Positions 17,269 to 26,680 of a stretch of 32,000 nt of DNA are shown here, one piece after another. The notes below the pieces were generated by a model. It saw only the letters and a list, made by a program, of their open reading frames with translations, had not been told where the DNA came from and made no database searches. The stretch is from positions 90,001 to 122,000 of the forward strand of contig JBHLRO010000001.1 in the NCBI GenBank assembly GCA_048882505.1. The letters are read 5' to 3'. This DNA is from Candidatus Thorarchaeota archaeon. Lineage in GTDB: Archaea > Asgardarchaeota > Heimdallarchaeia > Hodarchaeales > Hodarchaeaceae. Every line of letters starts with the position of its first letter. Position 1 is the stretch's first letter. Both the position numbers and the translations under genes were made by a program.

Positions 17269-18060
17269 TTAGCCATGAATTAGAGGAGTATTCATCAATA
17301 TGTCTAAGATCTGGCCTATTAACTTTTTAGGGGACTCGACCCTTTCCAAAACGGAAGATACAACACATATATCCGCGCCAGCCTGGCTTAGCGCCCTAAT
17401 TTGCTCAGGGGTTCTAATTCCTCCTCCGGTGACCAACAAAGCTCCTTGAGAGTGAACAAAAGTTGAGGTACGGCGAACTAGGTCGAGCCTGCTGGCAACA
17501 GATGAACCAAAATTACCCGACCCCGCTTCAAGGTATAAGCCCCACCAATATTTCCGCCATTTGGTGGTAATCTCCATAAATGCAGCTTCATCATCTAGTT
17601 CAAAGGCACGGACTTTCTTTCCTACCGTAGAATGAGGACTTAATATCATGTATCCATATTTTCTATCCTTGGGCCAGTGTTTCCCCACCAAACGGCGCGC
17701 CCACTTAGAGATCCAATGATATTTTTTTCCCAACTTAACAAGAACTTTTATCGAAAATCTGTGCGTATTGAGGAGTGTGGGCATTTGAATATAATCAGCT
17801 AATGGCGATATTTGTAACGGATGCCCGGGGAAAATGACCACTGCTGGAAGATTTATTCCGCGGGAAGAGGTAAAGTCGTCCAGTTTCTTCAAGTATCGGT
17901 GAACCCCTCTCCACACCTCCGAAGAATCGCCAATCCATATTTCAAGGGGTAATGTCGATGGATCAGAGCTTTCGATCAAGATTTCCTGTAATGTAACATA
18001 CAATCGTTCTGTTGCATCCCCTTTGTTAGGGTCGATCAAGATTGCCAGTTTTGTAATCAT
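17269..18060 (-). CDS. Geranylgeranylglyceryl phosphate synthase (GGGPS/PcrB) family protein, group II-like, divergent
   Basis: LIDP, VIFPG..QISP.AD, LLN, GY...STVG, LYLEAGSG and GGGIRTPEQ....AGAD motifs; GGAG upstream of the ATG. Confidence 0.85.
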   Translation of the reverse strand: MITKLAILIDPNKGDATERLYVTLQEILIESSDPSTLPLEIWIGDSSEVWRGVHRYLKKLDDFTSSRGINLPAVVIFPGHPLQISPLADYIQMPTLLNTHRFSIKVLVKLGKKYHWISKWARRLVGKHWPKDRKYGYMILSPHSTVGKKVRAFELDDEAAFMEITTKWRKYWWGLYLEAGSGNFGSSVASRLDLVRRTSTFVHSQGALLVTGGGIRTPEQIRALSQAGADICVVSSVLERVESPKKLIGQILDILMNTPLIHG

Positions 18061-18268
18061 GAGTCAACTCCTTTATAAATATGAACGATTGTGGCTTGGT
18101 TTTGAGTAGATTTGCGATGAAATCGACTTAATCAAATAAATCGATCTTACGTTTCGGGTTTGTTGTGTATAATAAGGGTGTCTAGCTTCAGATAAAAAGG
18201 CCTTTGTGTAAAATAACAAAGAACCGTTCCTGCATCATATCTAACATTGGCTGGAAAAGAGGAACTGA

Positions 18269-18925
18269 ATGCAAAATTACTCCAGGATAATGGATTATCA
18301 CGTCCATAGTACCTTTTCAGATGGATTTCACTCTATTCCTGAAATGGTAAATGCAGCAATTGGGAACAATGTTCAGGAACTATGCTTTACTGACCATTTT
18401 TCAAGTTTTAAGCCTTCATTAGATGTCACAATTTTAGGAGAATATATCGAGGGGATTACCACTATTAAAAAGCAATTTTCTTCTCAGATAAAAGTGCATC
18501 ACGGGATAGAAATCGATATGTCTTCTAACGAATTCTTTGACAAACTGATGAACTATTCATGGCAGTTGATCTTATTCGAATATGTGTTCTCAGCACCTGC
18601 TTGGGAGAACAACTTCACAATCGTGTGTCAGCTCAAAAAGGAATATCCTAGCCTTAAGATCGGCTTAGCTCACCCGAGCATGATGCGACTTTCTTTGGAA
18701 AAACTAAATTTAGCCCTAGAAGCAATTCGGAGCCTTCAAATTATAATTGAAGCTAATGCATCTTATGAAAATTATCGAGAACCATGGTTTGCGAATTTGG
18801 ATGACGGATTCACGTTCACGGTTGGATCAGATGCACACGAAAGCCAAAGTATTGGAAAAGTCCAAAAGGCCTTGGATTTCTTTCGTAACCAAAACATCCC
18901 AGAAAACTGCATTATTAGACTCTAA
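18269..18925 (+). CDS. PHP domain phosphoesterase
   Basis: DYHVHSTFSDG, FTDH, HGIE, LAHP and GSDAH metal-binding motifs. Confidence 0.92.
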   Translation: MQNYSRIMDYHVHSTFSDGFHSIPEMVNAAIGNNVQELCFTDHFSSFKPSLDVTILGEYIEGITTIKKQFSSQIKVHHGIEIDMSSNEFFDKLMNYSWQLILFEYVFSAPAWENNFTIVCQLKKEYPSLKIGLAHPSMMRLSLEKLNLALEAIRSLQIIIEANASYENYREPWFANLDDGFTFTVGSDAHESQSIGKVQKALDFFRNQNIPENCIIRL

Positions 18926-19007
18926 TGCTTAAATGACGAAAATGAGATGCTTAGGTTTACCTAGATTGAAAGAGAGCTTTTATTAGATCATTAACTTAGG
19001 CCAAATA

Positions 19008-20150
19008 TTGGAGCATCGCAATGGGATGACAGGATCTGATAATAAAGAAAGGGATAAGTCAGAAATATCTTCTTCTCCCTATTTTGACATCACACCAATA
19101 CTCGATGACTTCTCCAGTCAAACCCAAGAGGCAACTCGCCAAATCCATCCACTTTTTCTTCTTCCACGTCCAAAAATTGCGTTTCATGGTTCGGATGCAG
19201 ATGGAATAGTATGTGCGGCGATTCTTAAAGCGAGCGGGGTAAGAGAATTTCAAACTATAAACTCAATCTATATTCCCCTTAATTATCAGCAAATAAAACA
19301 TCCACAGTATAGTTGGTATCTTGCTCGAGTTAATTGGGTGGCTGTGGTCGATCTACCACCAATACATGATCAAAATGAAGATGTCCTTCTGTACTGTGAT
19401 CATCATTTAACCAATAAGGATCTTCCAATGGTGGCCCAGCTGGTACTCTTCGATGAAAACGCACCCAGTGCCGCTAAACTGTTAGCTGACCATTATAATG
19501 ATGTCCTCCCCTCGTATGTTAAAACTTTGGCTGAACTTACAAAAATAACGGATACAGCAAGTTTTAATACTGTTCCCCCAGTTGACATACCCTCTGATAT
19601 TCCATCTAACTCTTCCTCGCAGGCCTGGTTGCTTCACGACTTGTGTGATTCCGTTGAAACCCCTAATGATATTGTCAAACTGGTAGATGCCTTGGAGGAA
19701 CAAGGATTAAACTCATCGCTGCTTGAGGATTACCGAGGGAAGCTAAAGAAGACGCGAGCGATTCGAGAAAAGACGCTTGAGATCGTCGAAGAACTCGAAC
19801 TCGCAGATGCGGTACTGTTTATACTCGGTAAGAAAAAGATTTCGATGACGACTCTTGTTCAAGGACTCTTTGCGAAAGGGGTTAAACTCACGTGCCTTTT
19901 TTATCCTGGCAAGGCATTCACAGGGTTATCTTTTAGGGTTAATTCCCAATTATCACCACTAGAGGTCGAAAGAATTCGCGTGGATAAGATTGCGAGACTA
20001 TTTTCTGGTGGGGGACATCCGCGCGCAGCAGGCGGGCGTTCCACTTCATTTCCGAATGCCTTAAAGAACGTTAAGTCCTGGGTAACCCAGAAGGGATTGT
20101 CATACTCTGTTTATGATATTAGAGATGAGGATAACAATAAGGAAAACTAG
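19008..20150 (+). CDS. DHH/DHHA1 family phosphoesterase (NrnA-like)
   Basis: HGSDADG, VVD, YCDHH, ITD and C-terminal GGGHPRAAG. The start is uncertain (TTG 19008 or a later ATG). Confidence 0.9.
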   Translation: MEHRNGMTGSDNKERDKSEISSSPYFDITPILDDFSSQTQEATRQIHPLFLLPRPKIAFHGSDADGIVCAAILKASGVREFQTINSIYIPLNYQQIKHPQYSWYLARVNWVAVVDLPPIHDQNEDVLLYCDHHLTNKDLPMVAQLVLFDENAPSAAKLLADHYNDVLPSYVKTLAELTKITDTASFNTVPPVDIPSDIPSNSSSQAWLLHDLCDSVETPNDIVKLVDALEEQGLNSSLLEDYRGKLKKTRAIREKTLEIVEELELADAVLFILGKKKISMTTLVQGLFAKGVKLTCLFYPGKAFTGLSFRVNSQLSPLEVERIRVDKIARLFSGGGHPRAAGGRSTSFPNALKNVKSWVTQKGLSYSVYDIRDEDNNKEN

Positions 20151-20290
20151 AACCATTCTATCATTTGTGAATTTAACTTGTTTTTCGCTCCAATGCTCCT
20201 AGATAAACTAAGCATTCGTTCTTTAAATAGTCCTGTATTCCAGAATCCTTAGTTTATTAATGACCCTCTCTCCTATTCACTCGATTCCCT

Positions 20291-21268
20291 ATGAGTGGAA
20301 GAAATTTAGAAAAATATTTAGCTTACATAAAAGTCGGGATCATTACGGTTGCGCTTATAGCAGCCTCATTCGTAGGTTATTTTTTTCTGGCCTTCGACAG
20401 CCTTTCCTACAACCAATATGGCCTAAACTACGACAACGTGACCCACAAAATAGAAAATCAAGTATACGAGAATGGACTCTACCATCTTGGATTATTTCAT
20501 AATTTCATTAAATTTCCAAGAACAGTTCAAACTATAGAGTTCTTCGGTTCTCTTGGTGCACCGGGAACTTCGAGTGGACCCTTGAACTCTAGAACTAAGG
20601 ACGGGCTTCTCATTAATGTCCAATTGGCATTCCAGTATCTCTTGAGAAAGGAGGATATTCTTAATCTATACCGAACTTTCGGTTTAGAGTATGAAGAAAG
20701 ATACATTGGTCAAGCACGGACAACTCTCCGTGACGTAGCAAGCTTCTATAATGCTATTGAATTCTTTAATAACAGAACAAGTATTAGTGACCTCATGAAG
20801 GAAAAACTCCAAGAAGATCTTGATGTCATGTTTGCAGACGTTATGTTCTTTCAATTACGAGAGATCGATTTACCCGATGAATTCGAAGAAGCGCTAAAGC
20901 AGGTTCAGATCGCACAACAGCGGTACCAGATCGCACTATATGAGCAAGAGGCAACCATAGTTAGGGCCGAAACGGCAATAATCGAAGCCCAAGCACAAGC
21001 CAATATTACTATTATATCGGGTGAAGCTGAAGCTCAAGCATTCCTCATCAACATGGAAGCTCAAGCTAAGGCTTTAAACTTCACGTTAACCGCAGAACGT
21101 TTGGCATATTATGCCATGGCCCAACAGCTGAATTTGACATCCTCAGAGCTGCTAGCTCTGCTATGGGTTTTGGCCATTCAAGAACATGAAGATTCCCTCA
21201 TTATCATTGGTACAAACACTCCAATCTTAATCGAAGAAACTCTAAATAACACACGGATGATTGGATAG
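20291..21268 (+). CDS. SPFH / Band 7 / prohibitin-domain membrane protein
   Basis: N-terminal TM, G.Y..GLFH.FIKFP, SRTKDGL.INV...FQY, LREIDLPDEFEEA, and an Ala/Glu/Gln-rich coiled coil. Confidence 0.9.
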   Translation: MSGRNLEKYLAYIKVGIITVALIAASFVGYFFLAFDSLSYNQYGLNYDNVTHKIENQVYENGLYHLGLFHNFIKFPRTVQTIEFFGSLGAPGTSSGPLNSRTKDGLLINVQLAFQYLLRKEDILNLYRTFGLEYEERYIGQARTTLRDVASFYNAIEFFNNRTSISDLMKEKLQEDLDVMFADVMFFQLREIDLPDEFEEALKQVQIAQQRYQIALYEQEATIVRAETAIIEAQAQANITIISGEAEAQAFLINMEAQAKALNFTLTAERLAYYAMAQQLNLTSSELLALLWVLAIQEHEDSLIIIGTNTPILIEETLNNTRMIG

Positions 21269-21316
21269 TCCCTAGCTTTTGCTCATCGCATAACTGAAGT
21301 AAAAAGGAACGGGTTC

Positions 21317-21342
21317 AATTCCGGAATTCTTTCTTTTTTTTT
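21317..21342 (+). terminator. Palindrome plus oligo-T tract after the SPFH gene
   Basis: AATTCCGGAATT (21317-21328) followed by nine T residues (21334-21342). Confidence 0.45.
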
Positions 21343-21439
21343 GTTTCGTACTTCCGTTCTTCATGATCGAAATCCAAAGGAATCATTTTTCAGGAGGTAT
21401 TGAAAAAGGAGTATATACGCTCGAAGGAGACATTCACCG

Positions 21440-22447
21440 ATGACTCAACTTCTCGAAGATGATATTGGTTATAAGACCCCTCTTGGACTTTATTTACCAG
21501 GTATGCCAACGATACAAGAAGAAGTGAATTTGGCACACCAGGCAGAGCGACTAGGGTTTAATGAAGTATGGAGAGGGATAGGCTTATTTGGACGGGATCC
21601 CCTTCTAGTGTTAGCCTCAATTGCGAAAGAAACTCAAGGAATCAAGCTGGGAACTGCGATATTTCCGATCTGGACTCGAAACGTAGCAGATTTGGCAGGG
21701 ACATTTGCCACCATAAGTGAAATAACTGGTCCAAATCGTGTTATTTGTGGTCTTGGATCATGGTGGGAACCCGCGACTACATATCATGGGATAAAACGCA
21801 GTAAACCCCTGACAGCTATGAGAGAGACAGTCACAAGTCTTTTTAGACTTTTTAATGGCGAAAAAATCTCATTTCAAGGTGAATTTATCCGTTTAGAAAA
21901 TGCACAGTTGAATTTCAAGAATTTACAGGAAGTAAAGATCCCGATCTGCATCGGTGCTATTGGAGATCTTATGTTAAAGCTGGCTGCCTCCCTTGCAGAT
22001 GGAATTATCATCAATTACCTCCTCACTCCGGATTACGTGAAGAGGGCGATTCAAATAATCGAAATGGAAAGAGTAAATCACGGGAAAGATATGTACGATT
22101 TTCTATTACCCCAATTGGTTCACACGTATCTAGATGAGGATGCTGACGTTGCATTAAATGAGGCCCGCTCGGTTGTTGCTAAGCATCTATCCCGTAAGAA
22201 TCCTGGTCATCCCACAGTATTAGGGGTTCCTGATGATCTCATTTTAGAATTAAGAAATTCTGGAGTGGATGGAGGGAAAGAGTTGGTTTCTGATAATATT
22301 GTGCGATTGTTCGTGGCGGCGGGTTCTGCAAATGACTGTTTAGCTAAATTTCGTGATCTACATAGGAATGGATGCACTATTCCTCTTGTGTTTCCTCGCG
22401 GACCTGATCCCCTTGGTACATTAAAACCACTAAGAGAGGGGGAATAG
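21440..22447 (+). CDS. LLM-class (luciferase-like) flavin/F420-dependent oxidoreductase, Mer-like
   Basis: AERLGFNEVW, RDPL..LASIA..T..IKLGTAI, ATISE..GPNRVICGLG, IPICIGAIGDLMLKLAASLADGII. Confidence 0.92.
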   Translation: MTQLLEDDIGYKTPLGLYLPGMPTIQEEVNLAHQAERLGFNEVWRGIGLFGRDPLLVLASIAKETQGIKLGTAIFPIWTRNVADLAGTFATISEITGPNRVICGLGSWWEPATTYHGIKRSKPLTAMRETVTSLFRLFNGEKISFQGEFIRLENAQLNFKNLQEVKIPICIGAIGDLMLKLAASLADGIIINYLLTPDYVKRAIQIIEMERVNHGKDMYDFLLPQLVHTYLDEDADVALNEARSVVAKHLSRKNPGHPTVLGVPDDLILELRNSGVDGGKELVSDNIVRLFVAAGSANDCLAKFRDLHRNGCTIPLVFPRGPDPLGTLKPLREGE

Positions 22448-22480
22448 ACAGGTTACGGCATCAATTGAGAAGACTAGGAA

Positions 22481-23269
22481 TCACAATCCCGATTCATCTA
22501 CTGTCTTCTTTGGTTTTTCTTTTTCCATAAGAGAAATTTGCTTTTTTGCTATATTTATGTGATGAGCTACCAATGCTTCATCATAAGATACTGATTTTGC
22601 AGAAAGTATTTGTGAAACTCCAGTAATCACATAATCCTTCCTTCTCAAGGCTTTAATCAGATCTTTATCGACAGAAGGAATGACACATGAATAATAAATG
22701 ATTTTTTTGAAGCTTAAAATGTATCTTTTCCGAATTTCTGGATCTACAGAACTAGAAATCACTCTTTTTCTTATCGTTTGCCATTTGATTTCGATAACAT
22801 CAAATAATTGGGAAATAAAGTCATTTAATTCCTTAGCTTCTGTCAGTACTATTCTAAAAGTGGTTATTAATACTTTTGGATAATATGGAGTATCAGCCGT
22901 GCCAAAATAATAATCCTTGATCCCATTTCTTGTACTCTCGAAAGGATGTAGAATGATATGTCCTTTTACAATAGCAATTACTTCTTTTGTAAGAACATTC
23001 TCCGCCCAAATAGTAAATAGCCTTGCGCTGCGATCATCAACATCCGGGATCTCTTGAGACCAACCATGAATATTGGTAAAATCAATTGCATGGGTACCAA
23101 GTTCTCCAATAATCTGCTCGTGTGTGATGGTATCTAAGTCAGGATAAAAACGGTCAATAAAAGCCATCGTGTCGAAATTTGACATTCGTTCTTTATCGAT
23201 GGGATGGATTTGACCGTCGTAAAAAGCAAATTGATCATTTCTTTTAAGAACCACGTGAAAAACTCCCAA
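22481..23269 (-). CDS. Hypothetical protein, paralog of 12966..13748
   Basis: 262 aa ORF that shares IDFTN.H, IPD.D.R.ARLF..WAEN, DYYF, TP.YP, KII.Y and TGV.Q.L with 12966..13748. Confidence 0.85.
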   Translation of the reverse strand: MGVFHVVLKRNDQFAFYDGQIHPIDKERMSNFDTMAFIDRFYPDLDTITHEQIIGELGTHAIDFTNIHGWSQEIPDVDDRSARLFTIWAENVLTKEVIAIVKGHIILHPFESTRNGIKDYYFGTADTPYYPKVLITTFRIVLTEAKELNDFISQLFDVIEIKWQTIRKRVISSSVDPEIRKRYILSFKKIIYYSCVIPSVDKDLIKALRRKDYVITGVSQILSAKSVSYDEALVAHHINIAKKQISLMEKEKPKKTVDESGL

Positions 23270-23508
23270 ACATATAGTAAAAAATTCCTGATTACTTTTG
23301 AAACAATTTCAGGGGTAATTTAAGGATTTTTCCTTTGATAAACCCCTTTCGGAATATGGGTACCCCTATATTTGCCTGAGCAATTATTTGTATACCTTCT
23401 AAACGATTCTTATTTGATTAGATATTATTATCCAACCTAAGTCGCAAAATCCTGATTTGAAGACATAACTACGCGTTAACATTAGCTTTTTCTCGCCTCT
23501 TGTTAAAG

Positions 23509-23727
23509 TTAAATAAAGCCAGATTAACTGTAGCCAAACATCTTTCTGGTTAAGATCCTGGTCATTACACTATTTTAGGAGTTCCCGATGATCTTATTAT
23601 AGATCTCAAGAAATCAGGGGTAGATCAGGGGAAGGAATTGGTGACAGACAACATTGTTCGATTGTTTACAGCCGCAGGAACAGCTAAAGATTGCTTATCC
23701 AAGTTTAGGGAATTACGCCAAAACGGA
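23509..23727 (+). pseudogene. Remnant of a second LLM-class oxidoreductase gene (C-terminal fragment with an in-frame stop)
   Basis: Translates to LNKARLTVAKHLSG*DPGHYTILGVPDDLIIDLKKSGVDQGKELVTDNIVRLFTAAGTAKDCLSKFRELRQNG, which is 52/73 identical (hand count) to the residues encoded by 22154..22372. TAA at 23551-23553; no homology seen on either side. Confidence 0.9.
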
Positions 23728-23820
23728 TTTGAAGATGAGGTTGAGAAAAGAGTATACAAAGCACACGTTTCATTTATTGCAAAAACGCAACGAACTTGGA
23801 GAAAATCAACCTTATGCATT

Positions 23821-24312
23821 TCATAAGGTTGCATGGCTAACCCAAAACTTCTCTTTAACTCCTTGATGTCTTAATCTAACTTGCAGTGCTCCTATATGAA
23901 GCATAATATGTCTAAGATTATATAGGAGAGAACTAAGCAAAGTCGAGCCATGCCATTCAAAAACAGGAGCCTTTCCCAAAGCTTCTGAAGTCATATCTGA
24001 AAGCCACTCTTTGGCCTTATTCTTCATGTCATCTATATATTTCAATAAATCCTCCTTGCTAAGTGGATTTTCCATAAATAAATCATCCTTGTCATCGGGA
24101 AATCTAGGTTTATAGTTTGTACGTTCTTCTTTTGTTTTACTAAAGTACAAATCCACAAAAAAAAGAGTATGATGAACAACCCCAAAGATAGGAGGTTTGC
24201 TGGGGGAATCTACCCATATTTCATCTGGACAGGAATTGATTATGTTTTCCAATGTTTTAAAAGCAGCACCATATTGTTCTTTTAAAGAATTCGAAATTTG
24301 CACCATATCCAT
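23821..24312 (-). CDS. DinB/YfiT family protein
   Basis: QYGAAFKTLENIINSCPDEIW...HHTLFFVDLY...YNLRHIMLHIGAL, a four-helix His-motif pattern. The start is ATG 24312 or 24306. Confidence 0.85.
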   Translation of the reverse strand: MDMVQISNSLKEQYGAAFKTLENIINSCPDEIWVDSPSKPPIFGVVHHTLFFVDLYFSKTKEERTNYKPRFPDDKDDLFMENPLSKEDLLKYIDDMKNKAKEWLSDMTSEALGKAPVFEWHGSTLLSSLLYNLRHIMLHIGALQVRLRHQGVKEKFWVSHATL

Positions 24313-24667
24313 TTAACATTCCTCATTTATTCAACAATTTTTTATCAAATTTGATAGCAGAAATACCTGTAAAATACTCTTACAAACATAATACCATAAG
24401 TAAAGGAAAATCTTTGTTAAATCGAGATTATTCAGGTTGAGGATATTATTCTGTTTTTTACTTTGAGGGGAACCTCCATGTCGCTACGGTTACAAAAATC
24501 AGAAAAAACCTCCAACAAGAGTATTTCATAATAAAGAGAGATTCAGGCAACGTTTAATAAAGAAATTTAGCCTTTTTCGATGTTTAACGACACGTTCAAG
24601 GGTTTTCCATTGCAAAATTCTAGAAGGCTACCTACGAAAATCATAATTTATTGGTTTGAAGACATCT

Positions 24668-25957
24668 TCACCTTTTCTGGACAATTGAGATTTTTAAAAG
24701 CCTAAAGATAAGGAGAGCCAATGCACCGAACATCATAATGATCGCAGATATCAATAGGACAGTTCGATAAGCTAGCACAGTTGGGGTTCCAAAAAGGATC
24801 AGACTGTCCGCAATTGGACCCCCCACAAAAAATCCCGCCATGCCCCATCCTATCCCAAGCGTGATATTATATAAACTAAATCCTGTTCCCTGTAGATCCG
24901 GAGGAAGAATATCTGCTGTGAATGCAAAGGCTAATGTTTGAATCAACGCTGTCGAAATCCCCAGAATGGAATAAAATACTCCTACCACAAGGAAATCAGG
25001 AGATTCTAGAATGAAAAGCATTAAAAAGCAACATGAGGCAATAACCGACGCAATCGTCATGATCTCAATTCTGCCAAATCTATCTGACATTTTTCCCCCG
25101 ATTGGAGTGAAAATCCCTCCCCAAAAAGAAAATGTTACGAGCAATATGCTTATCTCTTGATCTGTTAAACCTAGCGATGGCCGAAGTGTAGCATAAAATA
25201 AAAAAATTTGACGACTGGCAAATAATCCGATAATTAGGGCGGCTAGGATACCTATAAATCCAGCAAATGACGGTACTCGAAGAACATCACTTATTGCCGT
25301 CCCCTCGAGCAAGGATTGAATTTCCTCAGCCTGATCTGATTTCTTGCTGGTTGTTAACGATATGGGCGTGATTTGTATTATGATCGCACAAGATAGTATC
25401 AGTAATACGACAATATAGAAGATTACGCCGTTATAGAAACCTTGACCTGCTTCGTACAAGATTCCACTTAGCAAAAATCCGAAAATTTGACCAGCTAATC
25501 CCATTCCATCGATTATTCCCGTGAGCTTCCCCCGTGCGATTCCTTGCGTAACTTCCCCTTGGATAATTCGGATCCCAAGGTCGCTTCCGCTCCATAACAA
25601 TTCTAGTAGTGAGAATATCGCCACCAAAAATAATGCCGCAGAAATGCTCGATCCCAAATCTATTAGCACTCTATGTCCTAAAAACGCGATAAGATACACA
25701 AGCGCTGCTCCTACTTCCCCTCTAACAACGAATTTTTTTGAAGATCTAGGATCTCGGTTTAACCTAGGACCCCAGATCACGAGCTGGCCAATGGTGCTGG
25801 TTAGGAGATTCATAGTACCCAAAAGCGCCGTGAGAGTGTTTGAAAGTCCGAGGAATACTCGCAAGTATATATAAAAGAATGCATAAAATACGGCCCTGCG
25901 TAAGAAGGACAGAAACGAGAATAGACTTGTTGCAAAAAACATGGGGCGCCTTAACAT
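24668..25957 (-). CDS. MFS transporter
   Basis: About 12 TM helices; motif A-like GGKMSDRFGRI in the second half. Confidence 0.9.
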   Translation of the reverse strand: MLRRPMFFATSLFSFLSFLRRAVFYAFFYIYLRVFLGLSNTLTALLGTMNLLTSTIGQLVIWGPRLNRDPRSSKKFVVRGEVGAALVYLIAFLGHRVLIDLGSSISAALFLVAIFSLLELLWSGSDLGIRIIQGEVTQGIARGKLTGIIDGMGLAGQIFGFLLSGILYEAGQGFYNGVIFYIVVLLILSCAIIIQITPISLTTSKKSDQAEEIQSLLEGTAISDVLRVPSFAGFIGILAALIIGLFASRQIFLFYATLRPSLGLTDQEISILLVTFSFWGGIFTPIGGKMSDRFGRIEIMTIASVIASCCFLMLFILESPDFLVVGVFYSILGISTALIQTLAFAFTADILPPDLQGTGFSLYNITLGIGWGMAGFFVGGPIADSLILFGTPTVLAYRTVLLISAIIMMFGALALLIFRLLKISIVQKR

Positions 25958-26066
25958 TTTCGGAATGCCTTTTGTGATTCTGCGAGATGTATTTAAGACC
26001 CGTTCATTGGTTTAAAATGCTCATTTTTGCATTGCTATAAAGATCTTCATGGAATCAATCGAGATT

Positions 26067-26083
26067 CCATTCATGATGAATGG
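26067..26083. promoter_or_regulatory. Perfect 8-1-8 inverted repeat between the divergent MFS and tatA genes
   Basis: CCATTCAT-G-ATGAATGG. Confidence 0.3.
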
Positions 26084-26318
26084 CAAAAACAAGCAAGAAT
26101 ACGGAATTTAAAATCATTAAGGTTCATGGATAACTTCTTATCATGCTGATCAAGGTGTAATTGACGCTTTTTAACCAATTCGCAATCGAAATCTCCTATA
26201 ATCGGCAAAAAATTGAACAATCAAACGAAAAAATTTATTAAGAGGTCATGTACATCGATCTTAAGTAAAGATGATTAACGAGTTCAAACTTACATTATAC
26301 TAGGAGTCTGCATAGGTC

Positions 26319-26621
26319 ATGATATTAGGACCCATGGAAATTGCATTTGTTATCGGGATTGGGCTCCTACTCTTAGGACCCGATAAAATTCCGAAGATGG
26401 GAAGGGCACTTGGGAATGCAATGAAGGAATACCAAGAAGCATTGAGAGGAATCCAAAAATCTGGAAATTCACCTGGACATATGACAGATCAGCTAGTTAA
26501 TGCGATGTCTAGACCTCCTTCTGAAGATGAAAAGTTAATAGAAAGCGCAAAACAACTGGGAATTGAAACAGAAGGAAAAACAGTAGAGCAAATCAGCAAG
26601 GAGATTTTGGAGAAATTTTAA
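26319..26621 (+). CDS. tatA: Twin-arginine translocase TatA/TatE subunit
   Basis: LGPMEIAFVIGIGLLLLGPDKIPKMGRALGNAMKEY, plus an archaeal-type C-terminal tail EKLIESAKQLGIETEGKTVEQI. Confidence 0.93.
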   Translation: MILGPMEIAFVIGIGLLLLGPDKIPKMGRALGNAMKEYQEALRGIQKSGNSPGHMTDQLVNAMSRPPSEDEKLIESAKQLGIETEGKTVEQISKEILEKF

Positions 26622-26680
26622 TTTTTCCAGCATATTGATTGGTCTGGTGCAGCCGAGCCGCTTTGTAGGATTGATGATTT

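Noticed and set aside
23625-23866. Track ORFs 23625..23834(-), 23638..23826(+) and 23654..23866(+) as independent genes
   Set aside because: 23638..23826 is the tail of the LLM remnant running into unrelated sequence; the other two are overlapping shadows.
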